Source of the DNA: a virus
Taxonomy: Duplodnaviria; Caudoviricetes
DNA: 58,368 nucleotides
Strand: one strand, 5' to 3'
IMG/VR virus record: IMGVR_UViG_3300030108_004301
Coordinates: 1-58,368 of that record
The translations under genes and the position numbers were made by a program. Positions 17,008 to 27,175 of the stretch are shown one piece after another (position 1 is the first letter of the stretch; every line of letters begins with the position of its first letter). The notes under the pieces are model-generated. The model saw only the letters and a program-made list of their open reading frames with translations. It was not told the origin of the DNA and made no database searches.

Positions 17008-17736
17008 ATGAAAAAAAGTTTAAAGGGGAAGAAGATAGCATTAGTAGGACTAGGTCTTACATTTTCAGACTTTATTTTATCTAAAATGCGTAGCGAAGAA
17101 TACGATGAAACTTGGGTAATAAACTCAATGTCAGGTATTATATATCACGATAGGGTTTTTATGATGGATCCTCCTTCTAGGTTTTTAGATGATATCAAAG
17201 CGGGTAAACAAACTAAAATCATGCAAAAAATACTTAAAACCCATAAAGGTCCTATATATAGTTGTGAAAAAGATAAAAGGTGTCCAGGAGTTGTTGAGTA
17301 TCCTTTAGAAGAAGTAATTACAACAACTGGTTTAGCTTACCTTAACAATACGACAGCTTACGCCATAGCTTTTGCTGTAGCTAACGAAGTTGGTTCTTTA
17401 CATATTTTTGGTATTGATTTTAGTTATCAAAAAACTCCGCACTTTGCTGAGGCGGGTAGAGCTTGTTGTGAGTTTTGGGTGGCTACTGGTATAGCAAAAG
17501 GTATGAAAATAGAGGTTGCTCATAACTCCCCGTTTTTAGATACAAATGTACCACCCGAACAAAAACTATATGGGTATCATAGATTAAAAGACCCTCTTGT
17601 AGTTTCTACAGAAAACTCTTCTTTACTTGTTTCAAAAAAATCTTTGTTACCACCAGAACCTTTGGATGATAAACAAAAATACTTTGTTTGGGGAAGAGAC
17701 GACATAAAAGGGTTTACTTATGATGAGAATAAATAA
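17008..17736 (+). CDS. hypothetical protein, possible MAF/GT29-like (sialyltransferase-like) fold
   Basis: N-terminal IALVGLG, W.IN, NTT.YAIA.A and LHIFGIDF motifs. Fold assignment is tentative. Confidence 0.5.
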   Translation: MKKSLKGKKIALVGLGLTFSDFILSKMRSEEYDETWVINSMSGIIYHDRVFMMDPPSRFLDDIKAGKQTKIMQKILKTHKGPIYSCEKDKRCPGVVEYPLEEVITTTGLAYLNNTTAYAIAFAVANEVGSLHIFGIDFSYQKTPHFAEAGRACCEFWVATGIAKGMKIEVAHNSPFLDTNVPPEQKLYGYHRLKDPLVVSTENSSLLVSKKSLLPPEPLDDKQKYFVWGRDDIKGFTYDENK

Positions 17737-17773
17737 ATTGCATTTTATTTGTAAATTTTTTATTTTATAAAGT

Positions 17774-18064
17774 ATGTTTGATTTAAATGCTGGAGCACAA
17801 ATAAATAATGTCGGAGTTACCACCTCTGATAATGGTGGTCTTTCTACCGAACAAATCATGGAAATGGCTATAAATAAAATAATGTTTTTATCAAAAGATG
17901 CTCCTCCAGCAATTAGGGAACAAGCTGAGGCTTTTAGACAAAATCTAAAACAAGTATTATTTTATCATCTCAGCTTGGCAAGAAGAGAAGAGCGTGGTAC
18001 AATCTGTCATGTGATTCGTCAAAACGGACACAAAGAGTTAGCAAATTTGATAAGGAGGCTGTGA
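17774..18064 (+). CDS. hypothetical protein
   Basis: V.TS.NGG and APP.IR.QAEAF motifs. Confidence 0.7.
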   Translation: MFDLNAGAQINNVGVTTSDNGGLSTEQIMEMAINKIMFLSKDAPPAIREQAEAFRQNLKQVLFYHLSLARREERGTICHVIRQNGHKELANLIRRL

Positions 18065-18516
18065 TGGCAATAACTCAAGCGATGTGTACATCTTTCAAAA
18101 AAGAATTACTTACAGCTACACATAATTTTACAACAGGACAAAACAGTTTTAAGTTGGCTTTATATGCTATATCTGGTGGAGGAAAATCAAGCACAACTGC
18201 TACTTTAGGTGCTGCGACAACTGCTTTTGTTACAACAGGCGAAGTTGCCTCTAGCGGAACATATGCAACAGGAGGATCAGCTTTAACTAATGTTACACCA
18301 ACATCTTCTGGAACAGTAGGTTTTTGTGATTTTGCTGATTTAAGTTATACAACTGCTACAATAACAGCTAGAGGGTGTTTAATTTATAACAGTTCACAAA
18401 GTAATAAAGCTGTTTGTGCTTTAGATTTTGGAGGAAATAAAAGTTCTTCTAGTGGTACATTCACAATACAATTTCCAACAGCGGCTTCAAGCACAGCGAT
18501 TATAAGAATTTCTTAA
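18064..18516 (+). CDS. virion structural protein (tail-associated)
   Basis: MAITQAMCTSFK.ELL...FKLALY...LDFGG.K...GTFTIQFP; AGGAGG RBS. Confidence 0.75.
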   Translation: MAITQAMCTSFKKELLTATHNFTTGQNSFKLALYAISGGGKSSTTATLGAATTAFVTTGEVASSGTYATGGSALTNVTPTSSGTVGFCDFADLSYTTATITARGCLIYNSSQSNKAVCALDFGGNKSSSSGTFTIQFPTAASSTAIIRIS

Positions 18517-18954
18517 ATGTCCAATAGCACTTTACAAGGTTGGAGTAGAGGTGCTTGGAACGATGGACCTTGGAACCAAACTACTCCTGTTGTAATTCAA
18601 TCGGGTGTTTCAGGAACAGCAGCCACAACCACTCCTGGACAAGCTTCTATATATAGTGTTTCTGGTTTAGCTGGTACCTCAGGTCAAGGGTCTGTTACCA
18701 TAAGTCTGGTCACACCTATTTCCCCAACGGGTGTTTCAGGAACAGCTTCATTAGGCTCTGAGGTGGCGGTTGGAATAGGCACAGCCAGTCCTTCTGGTGT
18801 TTCTGCGACAGGATCTGTAGAAAGTGTTGCAGGAACGGGTAATTTTGTGGTATCAATAACAAATACTGGTTTAACTTCTGGTTTAGGTAAAATAAATATT
18901 TGGGAAAACATAGCAGTTTCTCAAACACCGAATTGGACTGAGATAGCTGCGTAA
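18517..18954 (+). CDS. Gly/Ser/Thr-rich structural protein
   Basis: GW.RG.W..G.W start and repeated GVS.T units. Confidence 0.65.
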   Translation: MSNSTLQGWSRGAWNDGPWNQTTPVVIQSGVSGTAATTTPGQASIYSVSGLAGTSGQGSVTISLVTPISPTGVSGTASLGSEVAVGIGTASPSGVSATGSVESVAGTGNFVVSITNTGLTSGLGKINIWENIAVSQTPNWTEIAA

Positions 18955-18967
18955 TAGGAGATAAATA

Positions 18968-20218
18968 ATGGCTTCAACTTATTCTACTAACTTTGGTATA
19001 GAAAAAATAGGATCAGGTGAACAATCAGGAACTTGGGGTACAACCACAAATCATAATTTAGACATTGTTGATAGATTGGGTGCTTTTAAGTCTGTTGCTT
19101 TATCTGATGCTTCTACCGCTACTCTTACTGTAAGAGAAGGATCACCTTCTAGTGGCTCTAGTAATGTACAAGATGGTATGTTTAGAGTTATTAAGTTTAC
19201 AGGAACTTTAAGTCAACATTGTACAGTAACAGTTGCACCTTCTACAACTACTGCTTACTTTCACATACAAAACGCTACTTCTGGTGGTTATAATGTTGTG
19301 ATGAAACAAGGTTCAGGTGCTGCAACGGTGACAGTACCAAATGGGTTTGCAAAACATATATATTGTGATGCTAGTGATGAAGTCATAGCGTTATCTGATA
19401 TAACAGCTTTGGGAACTTTAACTGCCACAACAAGTATCTTAAAACCTACGACAACAAATGGTGATTTAACTTTACAGGGTAATGGAACAGGAGATGTAAT
19501 ACTTGATGCAGATTTAATAAAAATAGGGAGTGGATCTGAAGATGGTGTTATAACATCTAATGGTGCGTATGATTTAATACTTGAAACAAATTCTGGTACA
19601 AATTCTTCAAAAGTAAAAATAACAGATGCGGCAAACGGTAATATTACTTTAGACACTAACGGTACAGGAAAAGTTGCTGTTGGTAGTGGGTCTGCTTCAG
19701 GTAAAATTACATCAAACGGAGCTCACGATTTAGTGATTGACACAAATGCTGGTACAAACGCAGGAACAATCACCCTTACAGATGGTTCAAACGGTGATAT
19801 AACATTTGCAACAAATGGTACGGGAGAAGTTGTTTTTTCTGATGATGTTGTTTCTAGACCACAACTAAAAGATTATGCAGAAACTCTTTATGCTAATGGT
19901 ACTAAAACTTCTGCTTTTGATTTAGATTTTACTAATGGTAATGTACAATCATTTACGGTAGGAAGTGGTACTTTTAATGTTGGTATAACTAATTCTTTAT
20001 CTAGTCATTCAAACAGTATGACAGTAATTATTACTAACGGTGGTGCAGGAACACTTTCTTTTGTTGCTGGAGGAAACGCTAGTGGGGGGAATGCAGTAAA
20101 ATTTGCTGGTGGTTCAGCTCCGACATTATCTTCTTCAGGAACAGATGTTTTAACTTTTACTACTTTTGACGGTGGCACAAACTTTTTTGGCTTTGCTGCG
20201 GGATTAGCGATGGCGTGA
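18968..20218 (+). CDS. tail fibre protein
   Basis: MASTYS...GEQSGTWG..TN.N start and repeated NG.ITL..NGTG.V units. Confidence 0.75.
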   Translation: MASTYSTNFGIEKIGSGEQSGTWGTTTNHNLDIVDRLGAFKSVALSDASTATLTVREGSPSSGSSNVQDGMFRVIKFTGTLSQHCTVTVAPSTTTAYFHIQNATSGGYNVVMKQGSGAATVTVPNGFAKHIYCDASDEVIALSDITALGTLTATTSILKPTTTNGDLTLQGNGTGDVILDADLIKIGSGSEDGVITSNGAYDLILETNSGTNSSKVKITDAANGNITLDTNGTGKVAVGSGSASGKITSNGAHDLVIDTNAGTNAGTITLTDGSNGDITFATNGTGEVVFSDDVVSRPQLKDYAETLYANGTKTSAFDLDFTNGNVQSFTVGSGTFNVGITNSLSSHSNSMTVIITNGGAGTLSFVAGGNASGGNAVKFAGGSAPTLSSSGTDVLTFTTFDGGTNFFGFAAGLAMA

Positions 20219-20221
20219 TTT

Positions 20222-21538
20222 ATGGCATTAGGAGCAAATAAAGCAGCACTACTAGGAGCGGCAGGAAGTTCAACGGTATCAGCTTTTACGATAGATCAGT
20301 CAATTAGGTTTGATGGTAGTACATCTTATTTATCTAAAGCATTTAGTGGTGCTGGGAGTTTGAGAACAGCCACTATGTCGTGTTGGGTAAAATTATGTTC
20401 TTTGAGTTCAGGAAAAGGAATATTTACTTTTATATCAGATAAACCATTAGAAATAGATTCTAACGATAATTTAAAGGTTGTTTTATTTGGTTCAACAAGA
20501 TTAATTACTGATAGAAAATTTCGTGACCTATCAGCTTGGTATCATTTTGTTTTAAGAGTAGACTCAACAGCAGCACCAGAAACATCAAGAATAATATTGT
20601 ATGTAAATGGGGAAAGAGAAACTGAGTTCAGCACAGAAAGTTATCCTAGCCAAGACGCAGATGGAAGTTTTTGGGCTAGTAATTACTTCCAAATAGGAAG
20701 AACTTATGGCACAAGTAATTATATGAATGGGTATCTAGCTGAAATAAATTATTTAGATGGTATAAGTGTTGGTCCAGAATCTTTTGGTGAGACAAACAGT
20801 AATGGTTTGTGGATTCCTAAACAATACTCTGGCAGTTATGGAACTAATGGGTTTCGTATTACTGGAGCTGATGCAAATGATTTAGGTGCAGATGCAGCTG
20901 GAAGTAATGATTTTACTGAGTATGGTTTAGACGCTACTGACAAAAAAACCGACACACCAACAAATAATCATGCTACATGGAATCCTCTTACAGCTTCAGC
21001 CCAAGCATATTCTAATGGTAATTTAAAGGCGGCTACTTCCAGTTCTGCATGGAAAGGTGGTTTGACAACTGTACAAGTTCCTCTTAATAGTGGCACTTGG
21101 TATTATGAGTGGTATGTTGATTCAGCAGGTTCAAGTAGTGGTCAAATGAGTATAGGTTGGGCAGAATCTAATAGAAGTTTAACTGATAATAATGATTCTG
21201 GTGATACTGAAGGGTGGATAACATATGCTTTAAATGGAAATTATTATGCAAGAAGTGGTAATGGTTCTTATGGTGCTAGTTATACAACAGGAAATGTTAT
21301 TGGTTGTAAGATTAATACAAATTCATCTTCAAATAATGTAGAGTGGTATAAAGATGGTGTTAGTCAAGGAACTAGAAGTGAAGCATTTAATTTAGGTGGT
21401 ACGGGTTTTATAAGTCCTTATATTTTATTATATGGTACGAGGAACGGTACTGCACGATTTGCACAAGCTGAATGGACTCAAACACCATCTGGTATTACTG
21501 AAGCCAATGCAATAAACACAACTAATTTAGGGAGTTAA
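20222..21538 (+). CDS. tail fibre / receptor-binding protein (LamG/concanavalin + SPRY-like)
   Basis: FRD.SAWYH.V, GYLAE, YGTNGF and G.WYYE motifs. Confidence 0.75.
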   Translation: MALGANKAALLGAAGSSTVSAFTIDQSIRFDGSTSYLSKAFSGAGSLRTATMSCWVKLCSLSSGKGIFTFISDKPLEIDSNDNLKVVLFGSTRLITDRKFRDLSAWYHFVLRVDSTAAPETSRIILYVNGERETEFSTESYPSQDADGSFWASNYFQIGRTYGTSNYMNGYLAEINYLDGISVGPESFGETNSNGLWIPKQYSGSYGTNGFRITGADANDLGADAAGSNDFTEYGLDATDKKTDTPTNNHATWNPLTASAQAYSNGNLKAATSSSAWKGGLTTVQVPLNSGTWYYEWYVDSAGSSSGQMSIGWAESNRSLTDNNDSGDTEGWITYALNGNYYARSGNGSYGASYTTGNVIGCKINTNSSSNNVEWYKDGVSQGTRSEAFNLGGTGFISPYILLYGTRNGTARFAQAEWTQTPSGITEANAINTTNLGS

Positions 21539-21542
21539 TAAT

Positions 21543-24278
21543 ATGGCAACACCAACAATACCAAATGGCGAAGCACATTTCTTTTCAATCATCTACGAAG
21601 GTAATGGAGGAGGTCAAAAAGTCGGTAAGTTTATACCCTTTACTGATAATCTCACGGTAGCTAATAGTTGTAGATATAATGATGAAGACAATCCGTATTT
21701 AACAAGAACTCAAAAAAGTGGAACGGGTGACCAAAAAAGAAAAGCAACTTTTTCGTGGTGGTTTAAACGAGGTAGTAGTTTTGGAACAGAAATGATTCAT
21801 ATTGGAGCTGCTGCTTCAACAAGGTTCTTAGCACGATTTGACACCTCAGATAGATTGGTGTTTCGTTTAACTAATGGAACTACAGAGTATCAAAAAATAA
21901 CAAACAGAACATTTCAAGATACTTCAAAATGGTATAACTGTGTTTGGGTAATTGACGTAAGTCAAGATACTCCCGATGATAGATCAAAAGTGTTTATAGA
22001 CGGTGAACAAGTCACTTGGGCTTCTACAGGCGACCCAGGAAAAAACACAGATGTTGTAGGATTAGCTGATGGTACAACACAAAGAATTGGTTGTGGCTCA
22101 CATTTTGTTGGACAAATTTTTGATGGGTATCTCGCTGAATTTAATTACTCTGATGGTCAGGCACTTGGTCCTTCTGATTTTGGAACAACAGACACATCAA
22201 CGGGAAGGTGGGTTCCTGTAGCTTTTCCTACAACTCTTACAACATTTACGGTCACTGTCGCCAATCCTGGAAGTGGTAATAAATATTATATAGACGGTGC
22301 TCTACAAGCTACCGTGACATTACAAGAAGGTGGGGTCTATCGTTTTGATCAAAGCGATAGTTCTAATTCTGGTCATCCACTTAGGTTTTCTACAACTTCT
22401 GATGGTAGTCATGGAGGAGGCAGCGAATATACAACTGGTGTAACAACTAATGGTACTCCAGGAAGCACAGGAGCATACACTCAAATTACTGTTGCGAGTG
22501 GAGCAGCGACTTTATATTATTATTGCACATCCCATAGTGGGATGGGAGGTACTGCTAACACTCCTGAACCTTTTGGTTCAAATGGTTTTAAACTTAAATT
22601 CCAACAATCTAATTCGTTAGGAGATGATACTTCAGGTAACGATCCTGGGAATGATTTTACTGCTTCTGATCTTACAACAGATGACCAGACCACCGATAGT
22701 CCTACCCAAAATTACCCTACTTTTGATCCTTTGAGACAAAATAGTTATACTCTTGCTGAAGGTAATTTAGATTTGTCAACTTCAACAAATAATAGACATG
22801 CTTTATCAAACCAATTAGTTCCAAAATCTGGTAAATGGTATTGGGAGGTACAACTCAAAACTAAGCCAACTGGGTCTTCTGCAGTTGGACTTGCTATTCC
22901 TACTTGGAACTTAACAGATTCTGTTGGTACTGCCGAAGGTCTAAGAGTTATTTTTAATGCTGGAAGTTCAGCTGATGGAAAAGTATATTCTACATATTCA
23001 ACATCGCAATATACTTCCTCACAACTAACAACTTTTTCTAATGATGATTATATGGGTTTTGCATACGATGCAGATACAGGAAATATGTGGATTAGTAAAT
23101 CGACTGAAGGAGGCTCAGCGACATATCTTGGTAGTGGTAACCCAGTAACAGGAGCTAATCCAGTTTTAAATGCACCCAATACTATTGATTGGAGATTTGT
23201 TACTTTAGGATATAATAATGGTAGCTCACAAAGACATATTTGGAATTTTGGTGCTAAAACATTTAATAATTCAGCTCCTACTGGATTTAGTGATTTAAAT
23301 CAAGACAATCTACCAACAACTTCAAAAGGTGTGAGTGGATTAGTGTGGATGAAAAACAGAGATGCCGCTGACAATCACCAATTATATGATAGTTCAAGAG
23401 GTAAACAAAAGGATTTACATTCTAATACAACTGATGCAGAAAGCACAACAGTTAATGGTTTATTGAAATTTTTAAAAAGTGGTCAACAAATAGAACAAAA
23501 TGGTTCTATTAATACATCTGGTGAATCGTATGTGAGTTGGAATTGGGTAGCAAATAGTGGCACTACAGAAAATATAAGTGTTGGTGGCGATATTACTATA
23601 GCTTCAGTTGTTCAGAAAAATACAACTGCTGGATTTTCTATTGTGCAATATACTGGAAATGGTTCTTCTACTCAAAAAATAGGACACGGACTGGCACAAG
23701 CACCAGAGGTTATAATTACAAAAAGATTAGATGGTACACAGAGTTGGCACGGGTATCATTCATCACAAGGTGCAACTAAATATTTCCTTTTAGATAGTAA
23801 TGCGTCATTTGCAACCTCCTCCGCTCCTTGGCAAAACCTCTCTCCAAATGCCACTTGGTTTTCTGTAGGTAATGGTAATGCAAATAAAAATACTCAAACA
23901 TATGTTGCTTATTGCTGGCATTCGGTTGAAGGTTTTAGTAAGTTTGGAAAATATACAGGAAACAATACTTCTACTGGAGATGGCACATTTGTATATACTG
24001 GATTTAGACCCGCTTGGTTGATGGTGAAAAATACTGGGTCTGGGAACTGGGTTATTATGGACTCAACTCGTTCACCAATAAATCCAGTTGCAACTTTTTT
24101 TAATGCTGATGGAACAAGTGAAGTTAACACATCTGCAAGACAGACTGATTTTTTGTCAAATGGATTTAAGTTTCGTGGAAATAATGCGGCTACAAATGCA
24201 AGTGCAACTTATGTGTATCTTTGCTTTGCTGAACATCCATTTGTTGGGGATGGAACAAATCCTGTGACTGCGAGGTAG
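21543..24278 (+). CDS. large tail fibre / receptor-binding protein (LamG + cupredoxin-like insert + SPRY + C-terminal fibre domain)
   Basis: N-terminal half paralogous to 20222. Motifs YYYCTSHSGM, GKWYWE, GFSIV.YTGNG, YVAYCW and GFRPAW. Confidence 0.8.
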   Translation: MATPTIPNGEAHFFSIIYEGNGGGQKVGKFIPFTDNLTVANSCRYNDEDNPYLTRTQKSGTGDQKRKATFSWWFKRGSSFGTEMIHIGAAASTRFLARFDTSDRLVFRLTNGTTEYQKITNRTFQDTSKWYNCVWVIDVSQDTPDDRSKVFIDGEQVTWASTGDPGKNTDVVGLADGTTQRIGCGSHFVGQIFDGYLAEFNYSDGQALGPSDFGTTDTSTGRWVPVAFPTTLTTFTVTVANPGSGNKYYIDGALQATVTLQEGGVYRFDQSDSSNSGHPLRFSTTSDGSHGGGSEYTTGVTTNGTPGSTGAYTQITVASGAATLYYYCTSHSGMGGTANTPEPFGSNGFKLKFQQSNSLGDDTSGNDPGNDFTASDLTTDDQTTDSPTQNYPTFDPLRQNSYTLAEGNLDLSTSTNNRHALSNQLVPKSGKWYWEVQLKTKPTGSSAVGLAIPTWNLTDSVGTAEGLRVIFNAGSSADGKVYSTYSTSQYTSSQLTTFSNDDYMGFAYDADTGNMWISKSTEGGSATYLGSGNPVTGANPVLNAPNTIDWRFVTLGYNNGSSQRHIWNFGAKTFNNSAPTGFSDLNQDNLPTTSKGVSGLVWMKNRDAADNHQLYDSSRGKQKDLHSNTTDAESTTVNGLLKFLKSGQQIEQNGSINTSGESYVSWNWVANSGTTENISVGGDITIASVVQKNTTAGFSIVQYTGNGSSTQKIGHGLAQAPEVIITKRLDGTQSWHGYHSSQGATKYFLLDSNASFATSSAPWQNLSPNATWFSVGNGNANKNTQTYVAYCWHSVEGFSKFGKYTGNNTSTGDGTFVYTGFRPAWLMVKNTGSGNWVIMDSTRSPINPVATFFNADGTSEVNTSARQTDFLSNGFKFRGNNAATNASATYVYLCFAEHPFVGDGTNPVTAR

Positions 24279-24323
24279 TAATTAAAAATTTTTATGATAT
24301 AGTTAACAAAAAGGAGATATAAA

Positions 24324-24953
24324 ATGTGGGCGATTGTAAAAGCAGATAAAGTAATTTCAGTTCACGCTGGTATTCCTTCTGAACTTTTTACTGGCGATAA
24401 ACGATATGATCAAAAACACCTTTCCTCTTTATCGGAAAAAGAAAAACAAGAAATAGGATTATACCCAGTAACTATGGGTGGGGAACCAGACAGCAAGTTT
24501 CACACAGTTAGTTCTGTTCAGTACAGTTTTTCTAATAAAAAAGTTACTCAAAGTTTTAGTTCTAAGGATAAAGAATTAGATGATGTAAAGGTTGTTGATG
24601 CTGATAAAAAGGCTGTATTAGATTCTGATGGAGTACAAGTTGTTCAATTAGGTCTTAAAACTATTTCAAAACAAGAGGCTAATAAAACTGCTCATTCTTT
24701 AATAAATCGTTTTGCTTGGTTAGTGGAAAGGAAAGTTTTTTCAGATACAGCTATTCCCTCTGCAGTGACTACTTATGTTGCAGCGGTACGAACAGCCGCT
24801 ACAAAAATGGCTACAGAAATCGATAAAGTTTCTTCAGTAAGTGACCTTAAAGTTCTCTACCAAGATACTTACAACGCAAAGGGAGAAAAAACTGCAACAG
24901 CAGTTATGAATGATTGGCCTAGTGAAAAAGATGTAAAAACTTATCTTAGGTAA
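24324..24953 (+). CDS. putative tail fibre assembly chaperone
   Basis: Follows the fibre genes; W...R, IPS....Y...VR and terminal WP motifs. Confidence 0.55.
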   Translation: MWAIVKADKVISVHAGIPSELFTGDKRYDQKHLSSLSEKEKQEIGLYPVTMGGEPDSKFHTVSSVQYSFSNKKVTQSFSSKDKELDDVKVVDADKKAVLDSDGVQVVQLGLKTISKQEANKTAHSLINRFAWLVERKVFSDTAIPSAVTTYVAAVRTAATKMATEIDKVSSVSDLKVLYQDTYNAKGEKTATAVMNDWPSEKDVKTYLR

Positions 24954-24958
24954 GTATT

Positions 24959-26827
24959 ATGGCTTTAACCAAACTTCAATTTAGACCTGGAATAAACAGA
25001 GATATATCTTCGTATTCTAATGAAAACGGTTGGTTAGATGGTAATAAAGTAAGGTTTAGGTTAGGTTTTCCAGAAAAAATAGGTGGTTGGGAAAAGTATT
25101 CTGGTTCAAGTTTTTTAGGCACAGCTAGAGGTTTACATAATTGGGTTGCTTTAGATGGTAACATTTTTTTAGGAATAGGAACAAGTCTTAAATACTACAT
25201 TGAACAAGGTCTAGGGTTCAATGATATAACTCCAATAAGAGAAACAACAAGTGCTGGTGATGTTACTTTTTCCGCTACTAATGGTTCTTCAACAATTACG
25301 GTTACTGATACTGGTCACGGTGCTGTACAAAATGATTTTGTTACTTTTTCTGGTGCAGCCAGTTTAGGAGGAAATGTAACTGCTGCTGTTTTGAATCAAG
25401 AATACCAAATTGCTTCTGTCCCTACTTCTAACACTTTTACTATTGTTGCTAAAGATACTTCTGGTAGTACCGTTACAGCAAGTGCCTCTGACTCTGGTAA
25501 TGGGGGAGGCAGTACCGTTGGAGCGTATCAAATTAATGTAGGTTTAGATAATATGGTTGGTGGTACTGGTTGGAGTGCTGGTACTTGGGGTAGGGGTACT
25601 TGGAATTCTAGTGCTAGTGTTACTGTAGAAGGCCAACTTAGATTATGGTCACATGATAACTTTGGTGAAGATTTGCTCATAAACCCTAGAGACGGTGGAG
25701 TATTTTTGTGGGATAAAACAAATGGCACAGGAACAAGAGCAGTTGAAGTTAGTACGGTTGCAGGAGCAAGTGATGCACCAACTGTTGCTAAACAAATTCT
25801 GGTTTCTGATAGTGACCGTCATGTTATTGCGTTTGGCACAAATACAATAGGAACTTCTGTACAAGATAATTTACTCATACGCTTTTCTGACCAAGAATCT
25901 GCTGTTAATTGGACACCGACAACTACTAATACAGCTGGAAGTTTAAAAATAGGTTCAGGTAGTAGATTTGTAACTGCTTTACAAACTAAAAGGGAAATAC
26001 TGGTATGGACTGATACTTCCCTACATTCAATGACTTTTATTGGTCCACCGTTTACTTTTGGTATTCAACAACTTGCTTCCAATATAACTATAATTGGTCC
26101 TAACGCAGCGGTTGCTGTTGAAGATACCGTGTTTTGGATGGGAAGAGATAACTTCTATGTATATAACGGTGCTACTAGTCAACTCCCTTGTAATGTAAAA
26201 GAAAAAGTGTTTTTTGATTTTAATACAGATGAAGAAGATAAAGTGTTTGCGGGAGTTAATTCTAATTTTAACGAAATATGGTGGTTTTACCCCTCAGCTT
26301 CTGCCACAGAAAACGATAGTTATGTTATATATAATTATAGTGAACAACTTTGGTATTATGGCACATTATCAAGAACAGCGTGGTTAGATAGAGGTATAAA
26401 AGAGTTTCCAATAGCTACTGGTGGTAATTATTTATTTAACCACGAAAAAGGGTACGATGACGACGGTTCAGCTATGGCAAGTGAAATAGAATCAAGTCAA
26501 ATGGACATAGCAGAAGGTGAACAGTTTATTTTTATAAATAGAATTATACCAGATTTAACATTCAATGGTTCGACTGCTTCTTCTCCTGGAGCAGATTTTA
26601 CTTTAAAAACAAGAAATTTTCCTGGAGCAACATATTCAACAACTGATACAGAAACAGTAACAAGAACAGCTACTTCTACAACAGTACCGTTTGAACAATT
26701 TACAAATCAAGCGTTTGTGCGTTTAAGAGGTAGATCGTTTGCTTTTAAAATATCTTCAAGTGGTTCAGGTGTGCGTTGGCGATTAGGATCGCCTCGGGTT
26801 GATTTCCGCTCAGATGGGAAGCGTTAA
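24959..26827 (+). CDS. tail tubular-B / DNA-stabilisation-like protein
   Basis: F.PGIN, VRFR.G.PEKIGGW, IRFSDQE, EIWWFYPS, RTAW.D and WRLG..R motifs. Confidence 0.8.
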   Translation: MALTKLQFRPGINRDISSYSNENGWLDGNKVRFRLGFPEKIGGWEKYSGSSFLGTARGLHNWVALDGNIFLGIGTSLKYYIEQGLGFNDITPIRETTSAGDVTFSATNGSSTITVTDTGHGAVQNDFVTFSGAASLGGNVTAAVLNQEYQIASVPTSNTFTIVAKDTSGSTVTASASDSGNGGGSTVGAYQINVGLDNMVGGTGWSAGTWGRGTWNSSASVTVEGQLRLWSHDNFGEDLLINPRDGGVFLWDKTNGTGTRAVEVSTVAGASDAPTVAKQILVSDSDRHVIAFGTNTIGTSVQDNLLIRFSDQESAVNWTPTTTNTAGSLKIGSGSRFVTALQTKREILVWTDTSLHSMTFIGPPFTFGIQQLASNITIIGPNAAVAVEDTVFWMGRDNFYVYNGATSQLPCNVKEKVFFDFNTDEEDKVFAGVNSNFNEIWWFYPSASATENDSYVIYNYSEQLWYYGTLSRTAWLDRGIKEFPIATGGNYLFNHEKGYDDDGSAMASEIESSQMDIAEGEQFIFINRIIPDLTFNGSTASSPGADFTLKTRNFPGATYSTTDTETVTRTATSTTVPFEQFTNQAFVRLRGRSFAFKISSSGSGVRWRLGSPRVDFRSDGKR

Positions 26828-27126
26828 TGGTTTCAAGGAACTTACCACCACCTCGTTTACCTACGCCACCCCCAGAAGTCACGGTTGCGTATTTAACAGA
26901 TTTAGTAAGAGCGTTACAGTTTTTTATAACACAAGAGCAAAACCCAGGAGAGATGCGGGGAACAAAACTTGTTCTTACAAATTTACCTACAAGTGATGTA
27001 GGATTAGAGGAAGGAACTTTGTACAGAAATGAAAATATTGTAAAAGTTTCAGTTTTAGACTTTGCTTGTCCTGATGGAAGTGATATAACAGGATTAGTAG
27101 GTTCTGTAACTATAAGTATAAGCTAG
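26827..27126 (+). CDS. hypothetical structural protein
   Basis: Overlapping start; LPTS..GL..G.LY motif. Confidence 0.65.
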   Translation: MVSRNLPPPRLPTPPPEVTVAYLTDLVRALQFFITQEQNPGEMRGTKLVLTNLPTSDVGLEEGTLYRNENIVKVSVLDFACPDGSDITGLVGSVTISIS

Positions 27127-27175
27127 TTCTTGCAGAAAACAAAAGTCTAGTTTATGATGATGTAATGGAGAGCAT

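Noticed and set aside
20222-24278. Similar segments in two tail-fibre genes as a diversity-generating retroelement TR/VR pair
   Set aside because: Similarity is protein-level paralogy. There is no reverse transcriptase and no adenine-specific near-identical repeat.
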